Shown here one piece after another: positions 22,362 through 32,819 of a DNA stretch of 64,000 nucleotides (position 1 is its first letter; each line of letters opens with the position of its first letter). Source of the stretch: Bacteroidales bacterium (GTDB taxonomy: Bacteria; Bacteroidota; Bacteroidia; Bacteroidales; UBA4417); the NCBI GenBank assembly GCA_016707705.1, contig JADJHD010000020.1, positions 8,918-72,917 on the forward strand, written 5' to 3'. The translations under genes and the position numbers were made by a program. The notes under the pieces were generated by a model. It searched no databases. It was not told the DNA's origin and saw only the letters and a list, made by a program, of their open reading frames with translations.

Positions 22362-22684
22362 GCAAGCTGAATCCAACAGCAATTAGTTTGTTTCAAATAT
22401 CAGTCTCTTTTTATGAATTAAGCAAAGATTCATTCTCAATTCCTGCAGATTGAGTTATATCGTGCATGGCAGATTAGCCGTGGATCTCAAAGATTTGTAT
22501 ATTGAATTGGCACAGGTATAATTCATCTCTGTCTCATCTTTCAATTTGGGAAGTAATCCATATCCTGAAAATGCTCATCCAGGCTGGAATCAAGAACTGC
22601 GGCTTTCACTACATTTTGCAATTATATCACGGGGAAAGGTCAAATTGACTACTTTTTTCAATTATCTGATTTGGAATATTAGAA

Positions 22685-22692
22685 TACATTTG
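22685..22692 (+). promoter_or_regulatory. -7 box (TAnnTTTG) for the ECF sigma gene
   Basis: TACATTTG lies 17 nt upstream of the ATG. Confidence 0.35.
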
Positions 22693-22708
22693 TGTAAAAG
22701 AGAGTGAC

Positions 22709-23299
22709 ATGTCCGATTTAATGGCTTCGTACGAAAAAATACTGATCGGAAAGCTTATCAACAGTGATCAGACAGCCTTTACCATCATCTTCAAGCGGTA
22801 CTATGAAGACCTTGTTCGTTTCTCATTTGGGATTACAAGACATCAGGATTCATCAGAAGAAATTGTTCAGGATGTATTCCTGAAACTTTGGGAGAATCGC
22901 TCTAAACTGGAGATACACTACTCACTTAAATCTTACCTTTTAAAGTCGGTCCAGAACAAGAGCATAGATAACCTCCGTCATGCAAGCATTACCAATGCCT
23001 ATGCTTCAATTATGCTGGAGCATCCGGTCCTATTTGAGAACGACACAGAGAATTATGTTTTTTTCAGTGAGTTGGCGAATAACTTCCAACAAGCCATGGA
23101 AAAAATCCCGGCTCAATATGCTGAAGTTTTCAGGATGAGCCGCCTTGAGTCACTTAACTATCAGGAAATAGCTACCAAACTGGGAATCTCCGTCCGCACG
23201 GTAGAGGTTCGTATTAGCAAAGCGATTTCTCTGCTTCGAAATGAATTAAAGGATTTTCTTATTGCCTTATTTATTATTCTTCAATTATTTCATTATTAA
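22709..23299 (+). CDS. ECF-type RNA polymerase sigma-70 family factor
   Basis: Region 2 (EEIVQDVFLKLWE) and region 4 (LNYQEIATKLGISVRTVEVRISKA) are present. It sits upstream of FecR and SusC. Confidence 0.85.
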   Translation: MSDLMASYEKILIGKLINSDQTAFTIIFKRYYEDLVRFSFGITRHQDSSEEIVQDVFLKLWENRSKLEIHYSLKSYLLKSVQNKSIDNLRHASITNAYASIMLEHPVLFENDTENYVFFSELANNFQQAMEKIPAQYAEVFRMSRLESLNYQEIATKLGISVRTVEVRISKAISLLRNELKDFLIALFIILQLFHY

Positions 23300-23399
23300 C
23301 TCATTAAACATAAACAAGATCAAGTCAGCCGACAATTTTTCGATAAAAAGAAAAATAATGTCAGAAACCAATGTGGTTTGCAAACCCTAAAACGTCTTT

Positions 23400-24458
23400 A
23401 TGTTGACAGAAAGAAATATGAATACATCAGGTTCGGATCAAATTGACCAGTTAATTGCCAGGTTTCTGGGTGGACAGTCCACTGCTGAAGAAATCCAGCA
23501 GCTCGAACTATGGATCAAGGAATCAGACAACAATCGCAAGTATTTCCTTCAGATGAAAAACCTTTGGGATGCCTCAGTTCAGATACCAGTCTCAACTGAT
23601 AAAGCATTAAATAAGGTTATACAGAAAATCAAGCCTGAGCCAACACGAATAAGTATATGGCAATTCATGCAGAAAGTTGCGGCTATTCTATTTATCCCTT
23701 TGCTAATCACAGCAATTTGGATGGGTTTGTCAAAAAGCTCTGATAATAATAGTTCTGCCTTAAGCTACCATCAGGTTGTTGCTGCATTTGGCACATTCTC
23801 CAAGGTAGATTTGCCTGATGGCTCGAAAGTGTGGCTAAATTCAGGGAGCAGTCTGAGATATCCTGAAAAATTCAATACCAGCAATCGGGTAGTATACCTG
23901 ATCGGGGAAGGCTATTTCGAGGTAAATGCCAATAAATCCGTTCCATTTCTTGTAACTACCCCATACTTTACTGTAAAGGCTACAGGTACAAAATTCAATA
24001 TCAGGGCTGAAAGGAACTTCAGGTCACCTTCAGTCACTTTGGTTGAAGGGACTGTCGCCATACAAAAAAATGTTGCCGGGCAACCCAAGGATTTGATCAC
24101 CTATCTAAAGCCAAGTCAACATCTGAGTTATGATACACTGACCGGTCACTTCAATATTCAAACGGAGGATACTTATAAGCATTTTGCCTGGATAGATGGC
24201 AAGCTGGTCTTCAGAAATGACAATATCAGTGAGGTTGCGCGAAGGATAAGCCTTCAGTACAATGTTGACATTGAAATAAGAGGAAACGAAATAAAAAAAT
24301 ACCGTTACAGGGCTACCTTTGAGAGCGAACCTCTCGGCGAACTCCTCAGACTCCTTAAAATCTCTTCCCCTATCGATTATCTTGAAGTAAAGCCAAAAGC
24401 ATTACCTGATGGAACTTTTTCCAGAAGAAAAATCATCATATTCTCTTCAACCAATTGA
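23400..24458 (+). CDS. FecR-family anti-sigma factor
   Basis: N-terminal anti-sigma segment, one TM helix (VAAILFIPLLITAIWMGL) and a periplasmic FecR-type domain. It lies between the ECF sigma and the SusC-like gene. Confidence 0.85.
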   Translation: MLTERNMNTSGSDQIDQLIARFLGGQSTAEEIQQLELWIKESDNNRKYFLQMKNLWDASVQIPVSTDKALNKVIQKIKPEPTRISIWQFMQKVAAILFIPLLITAIWMGLSKSSDNNSSALSYHQVVAAFGTFSKVDLPDGSKVWLNSGSSLRYPEKFNTSNRVVYLIGEGYFEVNANKSVPFLVTTPYFTVKATGTKFNIRAERNFRSPSVTLVEGTVAIQKNVAGQPKDLITYLKPSQHLSYDTLTGHFNIQTEDTYKHFAWIDGKLVFRNDNISEVARRISLQYNVDIEIRGNEIKKYRYRATFESEPLGELLRLLKISSPIDYLEVKPKALPDGTFSRRKIIIFSSTN

Positions 24459-24673
24459 TTGATTAATCGTGCCAATACCACTGTCCTTTTAAACCTAAGC
24501 ACAGATAACTGTCGAATACAGCATTAGGTTTAAAAATACCGGACTAAACAAAAGCAAACTCGATTAATAATCAATCAATTCTGAATGCAAGATTAAGTTG
24601 AGTTTTCTCTAACTGGAAATTGAAGTCATAAGGAATCACTTCATCGTTTTTCATACCTAAAACTAACCAGTTT

Positions 24674-27600
24674 ATGAGAATACTTCTACTTAATGGATTA
24701 TTCCTGCTTCTCTTTCTTTTACCATCACATCTGGATGCACAGTCTACCAAAATCACATTGAATCTGGTAAATGTCCCACTGAATGATGTTTTGAATGAAA
24801 TTGAGAAAAATAGTGACTACACCTTTTTAGTTAATCAGGAGGTTGTTGATGTAAACAGAAAGGTTGATGCTGTCTTTGCAAATACATCGATCAAGGATAT
24901 CCTGGATCAGATATTCAAAGGTGCTCAGATTAAATATGTCACGAGTGATCACCAGATCATTATTACGCCAACCAATGGTAAAGGCGGGGATTTTCAATCA
25001 AAAAAAGTCACAGGAAGGGTAACTGATGAAAAAACCGGTGAAACTCTTGTTGGTGTCGCTATTCAAGTAAAGGGCACCACCTCAGGTACAACAACTTCCG
25101 TCGACGGCACATACTCTATTGAATTTCAAACTGAAAAAGCAGTCTTAGTATTTTCCTATCTGGGCTATGAACCCAAAGAAATCCCTGTTGGTGAATCCCT
25201 TATAGTCAATATTGCCTTAAAGCCGGTTGCAACCCAGCTTGAAAGCATTGTAGTCACTGCGCTTGGAATCAAGCGTGAAGAAAAAGCATTAGGTTACGCT
25301 GTCCAAAAAGTTGATGGAAAAGGCCTGCAGACGGTCAGAACTGTTGATGTCGGAACCTCACTCACCGGAAAGATTGCAGGTCTTTCGGTTTTAAACAGCA
25401 CTGAATTTGGTGAAGCTCCTGAATTGTATATCCGTGGAGAAAAGCCAATTCTTGTTATTGACGGTGTGCCCTATGGAAACATGACACTGAGGGATATTCC
25501 ACCTGATGATATTGAAAGCATCAGCGTTCTTAAGGGTGCGACAGCTTCGTCCCTTTATGGATATCGGGGAGGCAGCGGAGCCATTATGGTAACAACCAAA
25601 AAGGGAAACAATGAAAAGGGAATAACAGTGTCAATCAACAGCAGCACCATGTTTGCTGCTGGATATCTGGCAATTCCTGAATCACAGTCTACCTATGGCC
25701 GGGTAGTAAATACAGCTACCAATACTGCAGTTACCAATGGAGATGGAGCCTGGGGGCCTCCACTTGAAGGGCAGGAAGTTATCCAATGGGATCCTATTTC
25801 AAGGACAATGAAAGCAATGCCCTGGCTGGCTGTTGGAAAGGATAATTTCAAGAACTTTCTGGAACCGGGCTATGTTTTGAACAACAACTTGAATATAGTG
25901 CAGCAGGGTGAATTCGGAAGCTTCAGAGCATCTGCAAGTTGGGTAAAAAACAAGGGGCAGTATCCAAATTCAATGTTTGACAAATATTCCTATACCATCG
26001 GAGGAGACATCAAACTCAAAAAACTAACCTTATCTTCAAGTATTTCCTACAATAAGCAATCTTCGCCAAATATTGGATTTAACGGATATACAGGATATGA
26101 TCCGATGTATTCCATGTTGATTTGGTCTTCACCTGACTGGAATGTTTTGGATTACCAGAACTATTGGGTTGTTCCAAATGAAAGTCAGAATACAAGTTAT
26201 ACCGATACAAACAATAATCCTTTCTTTGATAGAAATGAGAGAACACACAGCTTGAATAAGGATATTTTTAATGGTACCTTTTCATTGAACTATGATCTTT
26301 TCTCCTGGCTCAAGGCAACAATCCGCTCTGGCTTTGACACATATAGCAACCGACAGGTAATTCAGATTTCCAAAGGCTCCCTGGTAAGTGCTGGATCTGC
26401 AACCGTAATTGAGAACGGCGGACAAGTTTGGGGAGAAAGCAAGTTAGGATCATACAATTTAGGACTTGGCAGAGGATATAGTTTCAATAATGATTTTTTA
26501 CTCGCAGCAAATCAGAAGATTGAGAAATTTACAGTAGATGGAGTTGTTGGTGGAACCATATTTTACCGTCAGGATGAAGGAACGGATTCCCGTACACAGG
26601 GAGGTCTCTCAATCCCCGGCTTCTACTCACTAAAGGCCTCTGTATTACCGGCTTATGTTGCTTCAAGTTTAAGCAGGCAACAGGTAAACAGTCTTTACGG
26701 CCGACTGGCATTATCGTGGAACAGTCTTATTTATGCAGAAGGAACAATGCGAAATGACTGGAGTTCTACTTTGTCAGCAGCAACCCGTTCTTACCTCTAC
26801 CCTTCTGTTGCAGGTAGCTTAATTGTTTCAGAACTTTTACCTGAGATGAATTGGCTATCCTTATGGAAAGTAAGAGGATCATGGACTTCCTCAAAAACGC
26901 CTGCAGGAATTTACGATATTAATCAGGTATTCAACATCACCAATAATGCCTGGACCAATCTAACTTCTGCCTCTCTACCGGCAACAATTTACAGTAGTGA
27001 TGTTTTTCCGGAATCAGCATCAACCTGGGAAGTAGGCACGGCCGTAAATCTGTTTACCAACAGAGCGTCATTTGACATCGCCTACTACAGCAAGCGCATG
27101 TTCGACTTCCTTCAGGAAGCTGAGATATCACCAGCAACCGGATATTATAACAGTTATATTAACATTGACGAAGAAATTACCCGCAAAGGACTGGAGGTGA
27201 CTTTGAATGGAACACCTGTCAAGAACAATGATTGGCAGTGGGACATCTCACTAAACTGGTCAAAATATGCAAGGTTCTATACAAAACTGGATTCAACCTA
27301 TTCAGCTGATAAACCCTGGATTAACGTTGGTGAAAGAGCAGATCCATTTGTCCTTTATGATTTCCAAAGAGATCCTGAAGGAAACCTAATTCATAAAAAC
27401 GGAGTGCCACTCTATTCGGCTTATGCTACAAAATATGGAAACTATGATCCTGATTGGATTTGGGGTATAAATACCACCTTAAAGTACAAAAGCTGGATTT
27501 TATATGCATCTGTCGACGGCAGGGTTGGCGGATTAGCCCAAACCACAACAGAGATGTATATGTGGAGATCTGGCTCACATCCCAATTCAGTTACCGAAGC

Positions 27601-28039
27601 CAGGTATCTTGATGCTACTGTGGAAGGTTCGAAAAACTACACAGGAGAGGGCGTGAAAGTTGTTTCAGGGTCTGCAACCTATGACACCTATGGAAATATC
27701 ACCAGCGATGACAGGGTTTATGCTCCAAATGATGTAGCCGTAACCTATGAATCGTACATCAACACCATACATAGTGGAACAGCCTGGGGTGGATCACCTT
27801 CACCACTAGAAACCTATAGTACGACATTTTTCAAAATCAGGGAAGTATCCCTATCCTATGCTCTGCCAAAAGAGATTTGTACAAAGTTCAACTCATCAGG
27901 AGTTTCTGTTTCTGCCGTTGGACAGAATATGTTCCTTTGGTCAAAACAGTTCAAATATTCTGACCCGGATGGAGGATATGAAAATTTCAGTGACCCTTCT
28001 ATTCGCTATGTAGGATGTAACTTAAAGTTCAATTTTTAA
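24674..28039 (+). CDS. SusC/RagA-family TonB-dependent outer membrane transporter with an N-terminal signalling (STN) extension
   Basis: Signal peptide, STN-like segment, carboxypeptidase-regulatory-like domain (GRVTDEKTGETLVGVAIQVKGT), plug and a large barrel. The C-terminus ends in F; 1121 aa. Confidence 0.9.
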   Translation: MRILLLNGLFLLLFLLPSHLDAQSTKITLNLVNVPLNDVLNEIEKNSDYTFLVNQEVVDVNRKVDAVFANTSIKDILDQIFKGAQIKYVTSDHQIIITPTNGKGGDFQSKKVTGRVTDEKTGETLVGVAIQVKGTTSGTTTSVDGTYSIEFQTEKAVLVFSYLGYEPKEIPVGESLIVNIALKPVATQLESIVVTALGIKREEKALGYAVQKVDGKGLQTVRTVDVGTSLTGKIAGLSVLNSTEFGEAPELYIRGEKPILVIDGVPYGNMTLRDIPPDDIESISVLKGATASSLYGYRGGSGAIMVTTKKGNNEKGITVSINSSTMFAAGYLAIPESQSTYGRVVNTATNTAVTNGDGAWGPPLEGQEVIQWDPISRTMKAMPWLAVGKDNFKNFLEPGYVLNNNLNIVQQGEFGSFRASASWVKNKGQYPNSMFDKYSYTIGGDIKLKKLTLSSSISYNKQSSPNIGFNGYTGYDPMYSMLIWSSPDWNVLDYQNYWVVPNESQNTSYTDTNNNPFFDRNERTHSLNKDIFNGTFSLNYDLFSWLKATIRSGFDTYSNRQVIQISKGSLVSAGSATVIENGGQVWGESKLGSYNLGLGRGYSFNNDFLLAANQKIEKFTVDGVVGGTIFYRQDEGTDSRTQGGLSIPGFYSLKASVLPAYVASSLSRQQVNSLYGRLALSWNSLIYAEGTMRNDWSSTLSAATRSYLYPSVAGSLIVSELLPEMNWLSLWKVRGSWTSSKTPAGIYDINQVFNITNNAWTNLTSASLPATIYSSDVFPESASTWEVGTAVNLFTNRASFDIAYYSKRMFDFLQEAEISPATGYYNSYINIDEEITRKGLEVTLNGTPVKNNDWQWDISLNWSKYARFYTKLDSTYSADKPWINVGERADPFVLYDFQRDPEGNLIHKNGVPLYSAYATKYGNYDPDWIWGINTTLKYKSWILYASVDGRVGGLAQTTTEMYMWRSGSHPNSVTEARYLDATVEGSKNYTGEGVKVVSGSATYDTYGNITSDDRVYAPNDVAVTYESYINTIHSGTAWGGSPSPLETYSTTFFKIREVSLSYALPKEICTKFNSSGVSVSAVGQNMFLWSKQFKYSDPDGGYENFSDPSIRYVGCNLKFNF

Positions 28040-28130
28040 AATTATGCCAATGAGTTAGTCACATAAAAATTAACTCAATGGCAAGAAAAAAATCATTTTG
28101 AAACCTGAACTAAAAAAGACAACTATTCCC

Positions 28131-29654
28131 ATGAAAAACAAGAACAGATATATCACGATAATTGCTGCAATTTTGCTAATATCCTTTACCGGTTGCAGCA
28201 AATTTGAAGAAATAAATACCAACCCTGATACAACTACTCAGGTTCCTGCATCGATGGAATGCACTAATGTCATCCTCAGCATGCTCGAACATGGTGGCGA
28301 TGCAATGAGCTTTATTTCAATGAATGCACTACCCAAATATGTTGGCTTTACAATTCTGGGTAAAAACAGTTCGCAATACAATAACACCGGAAGCGGTGGA
28401 TTTGGATCGATGACCATCCTTCCAAATATCGATGCAATGCTAAAAGCAGCAGAAGGAAGTGTTATGGAAGATTCGTACAAGGGAGTTGGCAGTTTTGCAA
28501 AAGCTGTAACTTTCTATAGAATGACGATGTGGATGGGAGATATACCTTACAGTGAAGCCGGCAAAGGTGCTGAAGGACTTTTTGAACCTAAATACGACAC
28601 TCAGGAAGAAATCTTTATTGGCATACTCAATGACCTGAAGGCTGCTGATCAGTATTTTGCCAATGGCGCCAATTTCACTGGTGACCCCAGTCCGTATAAT
28701 GGAGATCCGAAGAAATGGAGGAGGGCTGTAAATGCATTTACACTGAAAGTATTGATGAGCCTGAGCAAAAAAGAAGGTCTGGCAACTTTGGATATTAAGA
28801 ATCGATTTGCTGAGATTGTAAACAGTGGCAATCTATTGGAAAGTACAACAGGTTATTGGGGACTGGCATTTTCAACTCAAAATAAGCATCCGCTCAGTGC
28901 AAGCACCATGTTCGCCACCAAAACCATTGTAAGCAGCCTTGTCATTGAGAACCTCAAACTCTTGAATGACCGTCGCCTGTTTTACTACTGTGAACCTGCA
29001 GCAGCAGAAATTGCAGCAGGAAAGCTTCAAACAGATACAGCAGCATATGTAGGCGTAGACGTTTCAATGGATTACGATCTCATGAATCAGGAATACAAGG
29101 CAAACAAATTCTCTGTAATTAATCTCAGGTACCTTAAAGAGGATGCATGTGAGCCCAATCAGCTGATGACATTTGCTGAACAGCAATTAACAATTGCTGA
29201 GGCAAGAGTTAGGGGCTGGATTTCAACCGGCACAGCACAGGAATACTATGAATCTGGAGTGAAGGCTGCATTGGCCGATAAAATGGCTACAAAGGCAAGC
29301 TATGCCCATACTCTTGCAATTGATCAGGCATATATTGACGGATATTTCACAGGAGAGGCATCATTTAAATCAACCGCAGAAGAGCAACTAAAACAAATCT
29401 GGATGCAGGAGTATTTGCTGCGTTTTATGCAGGATGGAGATTTCAGCTATTTTGAATACAGAAGAAATACCTACCCTGAGTTCCCGATCAATCCGGCATC
29501 GAGCCTTAATGAGAATAATACCTCTGCCATACCTATGCGCTGCCTGTATCCGGGATCTGAGTCCAATTACAACCGAAAAAATCTTACTGATGCCCTCAAC
29601 AGACAGTATGATGGTTATGATGAAATCAATAAGATCATGTGGTTATTAAAATAG
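28131..29654 (+). CDS. SusD/RagB-family nutrient-binding lipoprotein
   Basis: Lies immediately downstream of SusC. Lipoprotein signal ...ISFTGC. The size and helical/TPR-like composition fit SusD. ATG at 28131. Confidence 0.85.
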   Translation: MKNKNRYITIIAAILLISFTGCSKFEEINTNPDTTTQVPASMECTNVILSMLEHGGDAMSFISMNALPKYVGFTILGKNSSQYNNTGSGGFGSMTILPNIDAMLKAAEGSVMEDSYKGVGSFAKAVTFYRMTMWMGDIPYSEAGKGAEGLFEPKYDTQEEIFIGILNDLKAADQYFANGANFTGDPSPYNGDPKKWRRAVNAFTLKVLMSLSKKEGLATLDIKNRFAEIVNSGNLLESTTGYWGLAFSTQNKHPLSASTMFATKTIVSSLVIENLKLLNDRRLFYYCEPAAAEIAAGKLQTDTAAYVGVDVSMDYDLMNQEYKANKFSVINLRYLKEDACEPNQLMTFAEQQLTIAEARVRGWISTGTAQEYYESGVKAALADKMATKASYAHTLAIDQAYIDGYFTGEASFKSTAEEQLKQIWMQEYLLRFMQDGDFSYFEYRRNTYPEFPINPASSLNENNTSAIPMRCLYPGSESNYNRKNLTDALNRQYDGYDEINKIMWLLK

Positions 29655-29830
29655 TGAAGAAGGGGTATCATTACTTACTCTATGAAATTTGCTGGTAATG
29701 AATCAGGTTTTAACTTTCAGAAAGGATTTCACTCAAATCACAGCTAATCTAAATCTCTCAATTGTACAAGAAAACCAAATACATAATAACAAGCAACCAA
29801 TTAGATCAATAACCTTAAAACAAATTAATT

Positions 29831-32602
29831 ATGAAAAAAACTTTACTAAGTTTAGTCATAATACTAGCTTTTGCCAGTTTCGCAAACGCCCAGGTACCTG
29901 ACAGAACTGGATGGTGGAAATTTGATGATGCCCTGGATATGCTGAAGGCAGAAACTGGTCTGGCACTTTCACTAACAGGAACACAGACTTCAGTTCCAGG
30001 TCCTGTAGAAGGAAATCTGGCTACCCAGATTTCGCTTGGGAGCTACCTTTCCATGGCTCATGGGATTTCTGCCAATGGAGGTGGAGATTCAGTGAATGAA
30101 TACACAATCCAAATTGATTTCTCCCTGCCTGAAATTGACAAATGGCATGCATTTATTCAAACTGATCCTGCAAATGGCGGAGATGCGGATTTATTTACAA
30201 AAGCCAGCAATAACACTATCGGAACAGCTGCCACGGGTTATTCCACAAATGCTGTAGCCGTTGACACCTGGTACAGGATGCTGATTTCTGTAAAGAATGA
30301 AGAGGTCTTCAATATTTATCTCAACGGAGAACTCTGGTTAACCGGTACTCCACAAGCTATTGATGGAAGATGGGCACTTGTAAATGAGCTTCTGATATTC
30401 GCAGACGATGATGGCGATGATGCAACGATAAATTGCTCTGAATTGGGAATTTGGAATGTTGCTCTATCCGCATCACAAGCCGCTGAATTGGGAGATGCTA
30501 CAACAATTCCACTGGTAGCCAGAAAGGGTTGGTGGAAATTTGATGATGCAGCCGACATGCTAAAAGCTGAGATTGGCCTGCCATTGGCATTATCAGGAAC
30601 ACAGACATCGGTAAACGGTCCAGAAGAAGGTAATCTTGCAACATTGGTGCCTCTCGGAAGCTATTTGACTATGTCCCACAATATTGCCGCCAACGGTGGA
30701 GGGGACTCTGTAAATGAATATTCAGTGCAAATCGACTTCTCTGTTCCTGAAATCGGAAAATGGCATGCATTCTTCCAGACTAATCCCGCAAATTCCGGTG
30801 ATGCTGATTTGTTTACCAAAGCAAGCGATAACACTATCGGAACATCTGCCACAGGATATTCTACCAACTCTGTCCTCATGAATACCTGGTACAGAATGAT
30901 AATCTCGGTAAAAAACGGTGAATTCTTTAACGTATACCTGAATGGTGAAATCTGGCTTACAGGAACTCCACAGGATATTGATGGAAGATGGGCCCTGGTA
31001 AATGACTTGCTCATTTTTGCTGATGATGATGGGGATGATGCTGAAATTAACTGCGCTGAACTTGCAATTTGGGATGTCGCATTATCAGCAGCTGAAGCAG
31101 CTCAACTTGGAGGATTTGCCGGAAATATTCTGGTGACACAGATCAATGTCACTGGCACCGATGGTGTAAATGTGATTGACACTCAAAGCGGAACCTTGCA
31201 GATGCTCGCAGAAGTACTTCCAATTGATGCAACTGACAAGACTATTACATGGTCAGTAACCAATGACAGTGGTGAAGCAACCATCGGCACCGACGGATTG
31301 CTTACAGCTGTTAAAAATGGCACTGTAACTGTAATTGCAACTGCAAATGATGGAAGCAATATTACAGGAAGCATGGAGGTTACAATCTCGAATCAGGCAG
31401 TTATTGCTGTTACTTCCATTACCGTTACTACCGAAAGTGGGGCAACAAGCATTAGCACTAAAGGCGGGACTCTGCAGATGATAGCCACAATAGCACCAGA
31501 GAATGCTACAGAAAAGAGCGTCACCTGGTCAGTTTCCAAAGTATCGGGAGATGCAACCATAACTACTGATGGAGTGCTTGCTGCAGTTAGCGATGGAACT
31601 GTTACAGTTATTGCTACAGCAACTGATGGAAGCAATGTATTTGGAAGTATTGGAATCACAATATCCAATCAGACAACAGTTCGTGAAAGGAAAGGATGGT
31701 GGAAATTTGATGATGCCACTGACATGGTTAAGGCAACCATTGGCGAACCTCTGGTTTTGAGTGGCACACAAACGTCAGTTACTGGTCCGATTGCCGGAAA
31801 TCTTGCTACATTGGTACCACTGGGAAGCTACCTTGATATGAATCACGGAATTGCACCTAATGGAGGTGGCACTTTAGTTAACGAATGGACTGTACAAATC
31901 GATTTTTCAGTACCCCAAATTGACACGTGGTATGCCTTCTTCCAGACGCTTGACGGTGATGCAGACCTCTTCGTTGCAAAAACAGAAGCTCCGGATATAG
32001 GCCGCGTTCCAAACAGTATTGGTTGTGGATCGACCAGATATACTGAAGCTACAATTACAGCAGAAACATGGTACAGAATGCTTGTTTCGGTAAAGAATGG
32101 TGAATTCTTCAGAATCTATATGGATGGAACACTATGGTTGGATGCAGAGCCGCAGGCAATTGATGGCAGGTACGGACTAAGCCCATTATTCCAAATTTTC
32201 CAGGATGATGATGGTGATGATGGAGATATCAACTGCTCTGAACTGGGAATTTGGGATGTTGCTCTAACTGAAGCTGAAGCCATTGCTTTGGGAGATGCAA
32301 CTAAAGATCCAAATGGCATCAATAATCTGGCATCCAGCAAGCATTCTGCCCTGGGTGTAAATTATCCGAATCCATTTACCACAAGCACCACATTCCCTTA
32401 TCACCTGACTGAATCCGGGTCAGTATCTTTCAGAATATTTGATATTACAGGAACTGAAATGGTAAGCCTTAACGAAGGTGTGTTATCACCTGGTGATTAC
32501 ACATTAAATTTAACATCAGAAAATCTAAAGAGTGGAGTTTATACAATTCACATGATTACCAATGGACAAACGAGTGTTCAGAAAATGATTGTGTTGAAAT
32601 AA
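29831..32602 (+). CDS. T9SS-sorted surface protein: three LamG/concanavalin-like modules, two Big_2 Ig-like domains and a C-terminal sorting domain
   Basis: The ~206-aa module (R)xGWWKFDD...GSYL.M.HGI..NGGG..VNEY..QIDF...WHAF.QT...DADLF...WYRM.ISVKN...DGRW.L...LLIFADDDGDD..INC.EL.IW occurs three times. Two VTWSV...TVTVIATA Big_2 units follow. The tail reads NYPNPF...GVYTIHMI. Confidence 0.75.
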   Translation: MKKTLLSLVIILAFASFANAQVPDRTGWWKFDDALDMLKAETGLALSLTGTQTSVPGPVEGNLATQISLGSYLSMAHGISANGGGDSVNEYTIQIDFSLPEIDKWHAFIQTDPANGGDADLFTKASNNTIGTAATGYSTNAVAVDTWYRMLISVKNEEVFNIYLNGELWLTGTPQAIDGRWALVNELLIFADDDGDDATINCSELGIWNVALSASQAAELGDATTIPLVARKGWWKFDDAADMLKAEIGLPLALSGTQTSVNGPEEGNLATLVPLGSYLTMSHNIAANGGGDSVNEYSVQIDFSVPEIGKWHAFFQTNPANSGDADLFTKASDNTIGTSATGYSTNSVLMNTWYRMIISVKNGEFFNVYLNGEIWLTGTPQDIDGRWALVNDLLIFADDDGDDAEINCAELAIWDVALSAAEAAQLGGFAGNILVTQINVTGTDGVNVIDTQSGTLQMLAEVLPIDATDKTITWSVTNDSGEATIGTDGLLTAVKNGTVTVIATANDGSNITGSMEVTISNQAVIAVTSITVTTESGATSISTKGGTLQMIATIAPENATEKSVTWSVSKVSGDATITTDGVLAAVSDGTVTVIATATDGSNVFGSIGITISNQTTVRERKGWWKFDDATDMVKATIGEPLVLSGTQTSVTGPIAGNLATLVPLGSYLDMNHGIAPNGGGTLVNEWTVQIDFSVPQIDTWYAFFQTLDGDADLFVAKTEAPDIGRVPNSIGCGSTRYTEATITAETWYRMLVSVKNGEFFRIYMDGTLWLDAEPQAIDGRYGLSPLFQIFQDDDGDDGDINCSELGIWDVALTEAEAIALGDATKDPNGINNLASSKHSALGVNYPNPFTTSTTFPYHLTESGSVSFRIFDITGTEMVSLNEGVLSPGDYTLNLTSENLKSGVYTIHMITNGQTSVQKMIVLK
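29903..31138 (+). repeat. Tandem intragenic duplication, two 618-nt units (29903-30520 and 30521-31138). Diverged copies lie at about 31688-32305 and in the next gene at about 32897-33514.
   Basis: Unit starts were located from the repeated AGA/AGG-xxx-GGx-TGG-TGG-AAA-TT(T/C)-GA codon string. By eye, units 1 and 2 are about 70-75% identical at the nucleotide level. Confidence 0.8.
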
Positions 32603-32819
32603 TTGAGGTTTAGTTCTTTGATTTCCAAGAGGATGCTTCATTTTCCGAGGCATCCTCTTTTACAATCAATCGCAATGATTTTGCAGTGCAAGATTGGTGT
32701 TGATTGAATCATGACTGAGAGACAAAGCCGCAAAAAGTTAATACTAACAATATCAGCATCAGCCTAATTACCCTGACCAAGAAAATTCGGCAAAAATCAA
32801 TTTACACTGATTCAAAGTG

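Noticed and set aside
22508-22524. TGGCAC hexamer (sigma-54 -24-like) in the intergenic region before the ECF sigma gene
   Set aside because: The position 11 nt downstream reads TAAT rather than TTGC or TTGA, so there is no -12 element. It is also about 200 nt from the gene start.
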